A DNA stretch of 32,000 nucleotides from Candidatus Saccharimonadota bacterium (GCA_016432445.1 CP066689.1:900001-932000), one strand, 5' to 3'; numbered from the stretch's first letter, positions 18,024-25,222 are shown. Program-made: numbers and translations. Notes: a model not told the origin generated them from the sequence alone.

Positions 18024-18836
18024 TTAACGATATTTATTTATTTCATCTCTTAGTTTTCCCGCTTCTTCCCGGGCTCCTTGAGCAAAATCTTTACCGGATG
18101 ATGCATAAAGAATACTGCGGCTGGCATTAAATACTATCCCTCCTCCATTTTTATCAACCCCAGCTCTTACAGCTTTTTCTATTTGACCACTTTGCGCACC
18201 AAAGCCGGCTGAAAGAAAAAATTTATTTGGAAACAGTTTTCTCATTTTTTTAAGTTCCTCAGGATATGTGGCGCCGACAAAAATACTGATATTATCTTCT
18301 GGCCACTTACTAATTTTTTTGGCCATTGCCATGTAAAAAGGTTCTCCTCCAGCTTCCATATCTTGAAACATACTCGAATCAGGATTGGATGTTTTAATGA
18401 GCAAAATTACTAATCGATCTTTATATTCTAAAAATGGTTTAACTGCATCATAACCAAGATATGGATAAACTGTAATCGCGTCAGCATCCCAATATTCAAA
18501 AGCGGCAATTGCATACTTAGAAGCCGTATTACCAATATCCCCTCTTTTCATATCCAAAAGAACAGGAATCTCTGGATAAGATTTTTTAATATACTCAATT
18601 GTTTTTTTTAACTGTTTTAATCCTTCAATACCATAAGCTTCATAAAAAGCAATATTGGGTTTGTAAGTGGCCACAAGATCATGTGTTGCATCAATCATTG
18701 ACTTATTAAATTCAAAAATCGCATCCTCTGATTGTTGAAGATGAGAAGGAAATTTCTGAAGATCAGGATCCAATCCTAAGCAAACAAGTGAATCATTTTT
18801 TTTGATAATTTTTTCGAATTTCTTTTGCGCATTCAT
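18024..18836 (-). CDS. pyrF: Orotidine-5'-phosphate decarboxylase, type 2
   Basis: LVCLGLDPD and LLDMKRGDIGNT (the DxKxxDIxxT motif). The length is about 270 aa. Confidence 0.9.
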   Translation of the reverse strand: MNAQKKFEKIIKKNDSLVCLGLDPDLQKFPSHLQQSEDAIFEFNKSMIDATHDLVATYKPNIAFYEAYGIEGLKQLKKTIEYIKKSYPEIPVLLDMKRGDIGNTASKYAIAAFEYWDADAITVYPYLGYDAVKPFLEYKDRLVILLIKTSNPDSSMFQDMEAGGEPFYMAMAKKISKWPEDNISIFVGATYPEELKKMRKLFPNKFFLSAGFGAQSGQIEKAVRAGVDKNGGGIVFNASRSILYASSGKDFAQGAREEAGKLRDEINKYR

Positions 18837-18850
18837 ATCTTATGTTAATA

Positions 18851-18943
18851 AACACCTCGACCTCCGGCCACTCCTCTTACAAAGAGGAGAATTAATCCCC
18901 TCTTGTTAAGAGGGGTCTCTGATATTTTATCGGAGGGGGTGTT
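18851..18943 (-). promoter_or_regulatory. Nested structured element: an outer stem enclosing two near-identical hairpins, located between the LOG-like stop codon and the pyrF start codon
   Basis: The outer stem pairs AACACC..CCTCCG (18851-18866) with CGGAGG.GGTGTT (18931-18943). Inner hairpin 1 is CTCCTCTT-aca-AAGAGGAG (18871-18889). Inner hairpin 2 is CCCCTCTT-gtt-AAGAGGGG (18897-18915). It could be a terminator for the upstream gene or a pyrF leader structure. Confidence 0.4.
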
Positions 18944-19531
18944 TTATTTTCTTAATTTTAACTCATCCAAAACTTTTTGCACTAAATTTTGAGGATCAGC
19001 GTCAAAAATCACTTTTCCTTTACCGGGTTTGTTGATTTTTGGGAATAAACTCACCAATTCATCAGCAATACCGCCGGTTCCAGTTAAAACCCCAATTACT
19101 TTCCCCATATCAAAAAGGTTGGTAAACTCATTCATTGTCCCCCATCGACCAGAGATAATAATGGCTCCATCACAGTTGGACGTTGAAATCACGTTGCGAT
19201 ATTTTTGACAAACTTTAGGTAATGATGAATACTCAAAATCTTTGGGAGTAAAATTTATTTTTGAATAAATAGAAAGATCATCATGGGGAGTAAATTTTTT
19301 TTGACCATCCATATCTTTTTCGGGAGAAAAACCGACGACCTCGACTCCCTTTTTAAAAGCTGCAGAAGCCGCTGTGTAAGGAAGCCCCGTACATGCGCCA
19401 GTAATGAGAGTAATGTCAAAATCGCCTAAAATCTGACCTAAATTTCGTGCTTTTTCATCAATTGAAAGATCCTCACTCACTGCCGATCCATAAACACCAA
19501 TTTTATATTTCATCAAAAAATATTGTAACAT
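18944..19531 (-). CDS. TIGR00725 / LOG-family (SLOG) Rossmann protein, possibly a nucleotide phosphoribohydrolase
   Basis: IGVYGSA..., ITGACTGLPYTAASAAFKKGVEVVGFSP and GGIADE patterns. An alternative start at ATG 19513 (MKYKIGVYG) lies 8 nt after a TACAAT -10 box. Confidence 0.65.
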   Translation of the reverse strand: MLQYFLMKYKIGVYGSAVSEDLSIDEKARNLGQILGDFDITLITGACTGLPYTAASAAFKKGVEVVGFSPEKDMDGQKKFTPHDDLSIYSKINFTPKDFEYSSLPKVCQKYRNVISTSNCDGAIIISGRWGTMNEFTNLFDMGKVIGVLTGTGGIADELVSLFPKINKPGKGKVIFDADPQNLVQKVLDELKLRK

Positions 19532-19637
19532 AAGAAAGAATTATTTCATTGCTACATTGTTGAATTGTTTCAACTCAGGCTGTCAGAACAACATTTCCAA
19601 CCCGGGAGGTTGAAAAGTTGATAACATGCATTTGAGG

Positions 19638-19665
19638 TTGATAAATATTTATTTTTTTATATAAT
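19638..19665 (+). promoter_or_regulatory. Promoter TTGATA-N16-TATAAT for the pyrD fusion gene, leaderless layout
   Basis: TTGATA at 19638-19643 and TATAAT at 19660-19665. The ATG at 19674 is 8 nt after the -10 box. There is no SD. Confidence 0.5.
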
Positions 19666-19673
19666 TTTACCTA

Positions 19674-21575
19674 ATGCATTCATCATTAACTTCTTCAAAA
19701 AAGGAATCTCCAATAACAAAACACAAATCATTATTACATTCTGGTTTTTCTTCTCCCGCTTCCCAATGGACATATGACATTACTAAATCATATGATTGGA
19801 ATTATGAGCATGGACCAACATTTACTGGTGAATTCCCCAAAAGAACCATTAAACCGTTAAAAAAATTTCTTACTTTCAAGGTAAATTCATTATTTGGAGT
19901 GCCCGCTGGTCCATTGGTAAATAGCCAATGGATTGAGTTATATGCAAAATTGGGATTTGATATCTTAACCTATAAAACGGTACGAACAAGAAGCTACCCA
20001 GCATTTCCCATGCCTCACATGTTGTATGTCGAACCAGTTTCAGCGCGGAACAAAGATCAACAAGACTATTTAGGAAGACCGTATATAAAAAAACATGAGC
20101 ATCTCGCAATGACTAATTCATTTGGAGTTCCTTCCAAAGATCCAGACGTTTGGCAGGAAGATGTTGCCAAAACGCTTGACTTAATTGGGGAAGGACAACT
20201 CTTAATCGTGAGTGTTATGGGAACGCAAACTGGGGCAAAAAATGAAGATGAGTTTATCGATGATTATGCTAAATGCGCGAAATTAGCACTGGAAGCGGGC
20301 GCAAAAATAATAGAAATCAATTTGTCGTGCCCCAATCTTCATGGGACTGGAGTCATATGTTATGACGTTGCGCTAGTTGAAAAAATATGTAGTCAGGTTA
20401 AAAATGCTATAGGAAACATTCCTCTTATTGCAAAAATTGGCTACTATTCCGATAGTAAACTGCTGAATGATTTTGTGAAAAAAAATCATACGTATTTGGA
20501 TGGAATTGCCGTTATCAACACTATACGGGGAAATGTTAAAGACGTTCAGGTGAAAAATTCGGTTATGCGCCAGATTGATTCAAGCGGTATCTGCGGTAAA
20601 CTAATTAAACCATATGGACTAGCTATGGTTAAACAATTGAATAAAATGCGAACAGAGAAACATCTAGAATTTGCAATAATCGGCGTTGGGGGCGTGACAA
20701 GTCCAGAAGATTATGAAGAATACATTCGTTTGGGAGCCAACGCTGTGCAAAGCGCCACAGGAGCAATGATGGATCCCTATTTAGCGTATAAAATATACAA
20801 AAAAGAAACAGAACAGAAACAAGATTATCCGCTCATAAAAACATTGGGAGCAAGTAATTTTCAAACAATGATTGGAAACAGCAGTCTTACTGACCTCAAA
20901 AAATTATATTTAGATATGCTCTATCCTCAAAATACTTCACGTGTAAAGAATACGTTACAAATAAGTCCAAAGCCATTTAGTCTCAAACATGGGGAAAGAG
21001 GCAGAGTGGTGTCGCATGTGTATTTAAATCATCGTGAATCTTTATTGAGCGACCCAATTGATAGAAAGTTGCTTGCTCAGCTGTTAGACCAACTTATCAA
21101 AGAAAAGATATTGGCAGGAAAAAAATCAAAATATGGAGTAATTTCTATCGCTTCCTCCTCAAGTCCGGAGCTGACAGCATTGATGCTTGACCTTTTTCCG
21201 GACACTATTTCTCGAGCGGTATTTCTTCCAGATCATGTGCTTAATTCGGAACGCGGTACTCATACTTCATTATATGGCGAAATTGACGATTCGATTCCAT
21301 GGGTGTTAATCGATGACGTCTTTACTTCGGGAAAAACATTTAAAAATTCATTGGAAAATCTCAAAAAAATACTAGGAAACACTTACAAAAAAATTCAAAT
21401 CTATGGAGCAACATTAGTATATAGAAATACCGAAGATGCAGACCTATTTCTCAAAAATACTAAACAACCAATTCATTCGTTGGTATCTCTTAACGATATA
21501 TTGGAATATCATTGGAAGCATTTGTCGCCATCACAAAAAAAAATAATACGAAAAGAACGTGTTGAATTACAATGA
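19674..21575 (+). CDS. pyrD: Fusion protein: class-1 dihydroorotate dehydrogenase (N-terminal ~380 aa) plus an OPRT-like type I phosphoribosyltransferase domain (C-terminal ~200 aa)
   Basis: DHODH region: EINLSCPNLHG (Cys in the SCPN loop indicates class 1), IAKIGYY, AVINTI, SGICGKLIKPYGLAMV and IIGVGGVTSPEDYEEYIRLGANAVQSATG. C-terminal region: ERGTHTSLYGEI...PWVLIDDVFTSGKTFKNS (PRPP loop). Confidence 0.8.
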   Translation: MHSSLTSSKKESPITKHKSLLHSGFSSPASQWTYDITKSYDWNYEHGPTFTGEFPKRTIKPLKKFLTFKVNSLFGVPAGPLVNSQWIELYAKLGFDILTYKTVRTRSYPAFPMPHMLYVEPVSARNKDQQDYLGRPYIKKHEHLAMTNSFGVPSKDPDVWQEDVAKTLDLIGEGQLLIVSVMGTQTGAKNEDEFIDDYAKCAKLALEAGAKIIEINLSCPNLHGTGVICYDVALVEKICSQVKNAIGNIPLIAKIGYYSDSKLLNDFVKKNHTYLDGIAVINTIRGNVKDVQVKNSVMRQIDSSGICGKLIKPYGLAMVKQLNKMRTEKHLEFAIIGVGGVTSPEDYEEYIRLGANAVQSATGAMMDPYLAYKIYKKETEQKQDYPLIKTLGASNFQTMIGNSSLTDLKKLYLDMLYPQNTSRVKNTLQISPKPFSLKHGERGRVVSHVYLNHRESLLSDPIDRKLLAQLLDQLIKEKILAGKKSKYGVISIASSSSPELTALMLDLFPDTISRAVFLPDHVLNSERGTHTSLYGEIDDSIPWVLIDDVFTSGKTFKNSLENLKKILGNTYKKIQIYGATLVYRNTEDADLFLKNTKQPIHSLVSLNDILEYHWKHLSPSQKKIIRKERVELQ

Positions 21576-21705
21576 CATAGGGTGAATCGAAATATGATTT
21601 TTTAGGCCGCAAAGTTTATTTATCATTTGAATTTTGGAATTTTACTACGTAATTCTTACTCCCCTTTAATACTCCTCTCACCTTAAAGATATATCTTGTG
21701 GGCAT

Positions 21706-21846
21706 ATGCCTATATGGGATTTAAGCGATTTCTTAAGAATAATCGGCTATTTTTTCGTTTTATTCGTAATCCTGATCGTAGTGTCTTTGTTTGTCAATCC
21801 TGATTCTCTCTTAAACATCAAAGTTCAACCTTCACCAATTCCTTAA
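21706..21846 (+). CDS. Possible 46-aa single-pass membrane peptide (below the ORF-track cutoff)
   Basis: My own translation is MPIWDLSDFLRIIGYFFVLFVILIVVSLFVNPDSLLNIKVQPSPIP, which has one clear TM helix. No SD is present, and support is by composition only. Confidence 0.25.
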   Translation: MPIWDLSDFLRIIGYFFVLFVILIVVSLFVNPDSLLNIKVQPSPIP

Positions 21847-21879
21847 TTTTTTGATTTTTTTACCCAAAATTAAGGAAAA

Positions 21880-21960
21880 ATGAGGTATTCACCTCAAGAA
21901 ATTACTACGATTTTAAAAAAACACTTGCATTTTTATAAAAAACGTATAAACTGTTTTTAA
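21880..21960 (+). CDS. 26-codon upstream ORF ending 1 nt before the start of the 137-aa gene
   Basis: AAGGA lies 3 nt upstream of ATG 21880. The peptide is MRYSPQEITTILKKHLHFYKKRINCF. The TAA stop at 21958-21960 is followed by one base and then ATG 21962, which has no SD of its own. Confidence 0.25.
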   Translation: MRYSPQEITTILKKHLHFYKKRINCF

Positions 21961-21961
21961 C

Positions 21962-22375
21962 ATGGTTACGATTGCAGAAACCCCTATCTCCTTAACTCCA
22001 GAAGATATTTATACTTTTCCAGGCGAAAACGAAACAACAAGATGTCATATTGGTTTATCAGCTGATCAAATGGCCGTTATAAGCCAAGCTGGTTTAGGAA
22101 TGTGCCAGTTATTATGCCATGCTAAAGAAATTAGAATTACTGATTTAGGTCCTGATTATGTTGTAAAAAAAGATGAAGAATCTCCATTTCCCATCAAACC
22201 AGATGATCCTCCTGCCTGCACTCGTCCTTACACTGTAAAAATTCGCGGTAAAACTTCTAAAAATGGATCTGTTAATATAGTTATTCATTCCGAGCAAAAT
22301 CCTGAAGTATTAAAAGAATTACCTTGCGGACTTGGACAATTAATCATTACAGCTATTGCAACTGAACAAAAATAA
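21962..22375 (+). CDS. Hypothetical 137-aa soluble protein with 5 Cys; first gene of the argG operon
   Basis: Clean ORF with a 5-nt gap to argG. I can assign no family. Cys residues at positions 28, 48, 52, 86 and 122. Confidence 0.6.
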   Translation: MVTIAETPISLTPEDIYTFPGENETTRCHIGLSADQMAVISQAGLGMCQLLCHAKEIRITDLGPDYVVKKDEESPFPIKPDDPPACTRPYTVKIRGKTSKNGSVNIVIHSEQNPEVLKELPCGLGQLIITAIATEQK

Positions 22376-22380
22376 AACCT

Positions 22381-24000
22381 ATGCAACAGAAAAAAGATTA
22401 TCAAAAGGTTTCTTCTTACGAAGGTAAAAAAGGTGAAGTCAAAAAAGTTGTTCTTCTCTACTCCGGCGGTTTAGATACTTCAGTCATGATCAAATGGATT
22501 CAGGAAGAATATAAAGCGCAGGTTATTGCTTTGGCAATTGACATCGGACAACAAGCTGATGATATGGAAGAGATCAGGAAAAAAGCCCTAAAACTTGGGG
22601 CACTCAAAGCTTGTGTAATTGATGCTAAAGATGAGTTTGCTGAAGAATACATCAGCAAAGGAATCAAAGCCAATGCTTCTTATCAAGGAAAATATCATTT
22701 ATCCACTCCTATTGGTCGCCCGTTATTAGCCAAATGGGCGGTTAAAATTGCCGCAGCAGAAGGCGCTGACTGCATAGCTCATGGTTGTACCGGCAAAGGT
22801 AATGATCAAGTAAGAATTGAAGCGACAGCTCTAGCCATAAACCCTGATATAAAAATCATAGCTCCAGTTCGTGAATGGGCAATGGGAAGAGATGAAGAAA
22901 TTATCTATGCGAAAAAACACGGCATTCCGGTCAAGCAAACTGCTGATAAACCTTATTCCTACGACGATAATATGTGGGGCGTTACCGGAGAAGGCGGAGA
23001 GATCGAAAATCCATCGATCCTCCCCCCATTGGAGAAAATACTTTCTATCTGCACTTTACCTGAAAATGCTCCTGATAAAGCGGAGAATCTCGAAATTGAA
23101 TTTGTTAAAGGTCTGCCTGTAGCAGTGAATGGAAAACACATGAAACTAGCTGATATTATTATTCATTTAAATAAAATTGGAGCAAAACATGGAGTTGGCA
23201 TAGCCGTTCACATTGAAGACCGTGTTGTTGGATTAAAAGTTAGAGGCATATATGAGGCGCCTGCTGCAGAAATAATTATCAATGCCCACCAGAATCTGGA
23301 AAAATATGTCTCCACCCGTCAGGAAAATGAGTTCAAATCTTTAGTTGATACTAAATGGGCATATCTTTGTTACGGAGGCTTCTGGCTTGAACCTCTTTTT
23401 AAGAATTTAAACGTTTATATAGATTATGCTAACAAAAAAGTTACCGGAAAAGTAACCTTAAAACTTTACAAAGGAAAAGCTGAGACGGTGGCCGTCGAGA
23501 CTCCAAACACAATTTTTGAAGAAAAATTAGCAACCTTTATGGCTTCTGATGCTTTTAATCAAAATGCCTCTCCAGGATTTATTGAACTTTATTCGCTTCA
23601 GATGAGACTGGCCCAAAGGGCAGAAAAAACAGCTTTAATTTCAATAAGTCAGAGGCAAAACAAAATAAAATTCTTAAAAGAAGCTCAAAAACTTTACGAT
23701 ATGAAATATAAACTTTATGCTACCTACAAAACTCACAAGTTTTTGAAAACCAATGGAATCGAAGCAATTATAGTTAATAAAATATCTCAACCTCATCTGA
23801 CTCCAAACTTACTTGATCTTTTAAGGCAAAACCGATTTGATATGATAATTAACATAATGGATAACCGGAATGTTAAGAAAAAGATAAAAACTGATGGTCA
23901 GGTTATAAGAGAGTATGCCCTAAAGCATAAAGCTCATTTAATCACTAATCTTGATGTGGCCAAACAGTTTGTAGAGGAATTATATCTGCGGCAAAAGTAA
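22381..24000 (+). CDS. argG: Argininosuccinate synthase fused to a C-terminal MGS-like (CarB allosteric-type) domain
   Basis: ArgG core: VVLLYSGGLDTSV, AHGCTGKGNDQVRIE, YSYDDNMWGVTGEGGEIENP and HIEDRVVGLKVRGIYEAPAA. From residue ~418 (nt 23632): ALISISQRQNKIKFLKEAQKLYDMKYKLYATYKTHKFLKTNGIEA...FDMIINI...DGQVIREYALKHKAHLITNLDVAKQFVEEL, which resembles the CPSase large-subunit C-terminal domain. Confidence 0.88.
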   Translation: MQQKKDYQKVSSYEGKKGEVKKVVLLYSGGLDTSVMIKWIQEEYKAQVIALAIDIGQQADDMEEIRKKALKLGALKACVIDAKDEFAEEYISKGIKANASYQGKYHLSTPIGRPLLAKWAVKIAAAEGADCIAHGCTGKGNDQVRIEATALAINPDIKIIAPVREWAMGRDEEIIYAKKHGIPVKQTADKPYSYDDNMWGVTGEGGEIENPSILPPLEKILSICTLPENAPDKAENLEIEFVKGLPVAVNGKHMKLADIIIHLNKIGAKHGVGIAVHIEDRVVGLKVRGIYEAPAAEIIINAHQNLEKYVSTRQENEFKSLVDTKWAYLCYGGFWLEPLFKNLNVYIDYANKKVTGKVTLKLYKGKAETVAVETPNTIFEEKLATFMASDAFNQNASPGFIELYSLQMRLAQRAEKTALISISQRQNKIKFLKEAQKLYDMKYKLYATYKTHKFLKTNGIEAIIVNKISQPHLTPNLLDLLRQNRFDMIINIMDNRNVKKKIKTDGQVIREYALKHKAHLITNLDVAKQFVEELYLRQK

Positions 24001-24006
24001 AATTTT

Positions 24007-25032
24007 ATGAAAAGAAAAAAAAGAAGCAGGTGTCTGGATCTTAAAGAATCAATCTTAAAAGAAATTCACAAAAAAGGAGGCTGGGTTAACACCCACTCAC
24101 ACCTCGATCGGGCTTTTACGCTTAGTAAAAAAAACTTTCCTTATGCCAATGCACACCTTCATCAAAAATGGGAGTTGGTTGATGAGTTGAAAAGAACTTC
24201 TACTGTTTCAAATATATATGACCGCATGGCCTACGGCGTAGAAAAAATGCTAGCCCAAGGAGTCCAAGCTTTGGGAAGTTTTATTGATGTTGATGAAGTT
24301 ATTAAAGATAAATCAATTATAGCGGCCCAAAAAATAAGGGATAAATATAAAAAAGATATAAAAATAAAATACATGAATCAGGTTTTAAAAGGAGTAATAA
24401 ACAAAGAAGCCCGCCGATGGTTTGATCTTGGAGCGTCATTTGTAGATATAGTCAGCGGTCTTCCAGGAAGAGATAAAGGCCACGAGGAAGAACATCTGGA
24501 TATAGTATTTGATACCGCTAAAAAAATGGGCAAAATGATCCATGTCCACGTTGACCAGCTAAATACCAGTAAAGAAAAAGAGACAGATCTTCTGGCAAAA
24601 AAAACTAAAGAACATAAAATGGAAGGAAAAGTAGTGGGAATTCACGGCATCTCAATTGCCGCCCACCCAAAAGAATATAGAAAAAAACTATATAAACAAA
24701 TAAAAGATGCCGGCCTTATGCTTATCTCCTGCCCTACTGCCTGGATAGATTCCATTTATGTTCATTCAAAAGATCCTAACCGGATCGGCGTTGAAAGATC
24801 AGAAGAAATGGCACCGATTCACAATGCCATTCTACCTGTTGACGAACTATTGGCTGAAGGAATAACTGTGGGAATAGGGACAGATAACATTAACGATATC
24901 TATAAACCCTTTACTGATGGCGATATGTGGACAGAATTAAGATTTATGCTTGAATCCTGCCGTTACTATGATGTCAAAGAACTTGTCAAAATAGCCACCA
25001 TCAATGGCCTAAAAGTACTAGGATTAACTTAA
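24007..25032 (+). CDS. CodA-type (subtype III) metal-dependent amidohydrolase lacking the N-terminal beta-sandwich; specificity uncertain
   Basis: VNTHSHLDR (the HxH motif), IHVHVDQLN (cf. CodA DVHCDEIDD), VGIHGISIA (cf. TASHTTA) and GIGTDNINDIYKPFTDGDMW (cf. GHDDVFDPWYPLGTANM). There is a 6-nt gap after argG. Confidence 0.8.
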   Translation: MKRKKRSRCLDLKESILKEIHKKGGWVNTHSHLDRAFTLSKKNFPYANAHLHQKWELVDELKRTSTVSNIYDRMAYGVEKMLAQGVQALGSFIDVDEVIKDKSIIAAQKIRDKYKKDIKIKYMNQVLKGVINKEARRWFDLGASFVDIVSGLPGRDKGHEEEHLDIVFDTAKKMGKMIHVHVDQLNTSKEKETDLLAKKTKEHKMEGKVVGIHGISIAAHPKEYRKKLYKQIKDAGLMLISCPTAWIDSIYVHSKDPNRIGVERSEEMAPIHNAILPVDELLAEGITVGIGTDNINDIYKPFTDGDMWTELRFMLESCRYYDVKELVKIATINGLKVLGLT

Positions 25033-25119
25033 CTTCCATCCACCAGATCATCCCACCTACGCGGTTGCCCAATTTATGCTTTAATCTAGCGTTTTGGATT
25101 GATATAATTTGAATATCTT

Positions 25120-25203
25120 GCCGCGATGGTGGAACTGGTATACACGCAGGTCTCAAAAACCTGTGAGGGCAACCTCATGTCGGTTCAAATCCGACTCGCG
25201 GCA
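25120..25203 (+). tRNA. tRNA-Leu (anticodon CAA), type II with long variable arm; CCA not encoded
   Basis: Acceptor stem GCCGCGA/TCGCGGC with discriminator A. Anticodon stem CAGGT/ACCTG with loop CT-CAA-AA. Variable arm GAGG-GCAA-CCTC. T arm GTCGG-TTCAAAT-CCGAC. Confidence 0.95.
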
Positions 25204-25222
25204 CATCTATCTTTTTTAATAC

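Noticed and set aside
18920-18935. UCAGAGA in the pyrF upstream element as a PyrR-binding loop (consensus around UCCAGAGAGG).
   Set aside because: The match is only partial, the flanking stem context differs, and no pyrR gene is visible. The stand-alone PRTase looks like OPRT, not PyrR.
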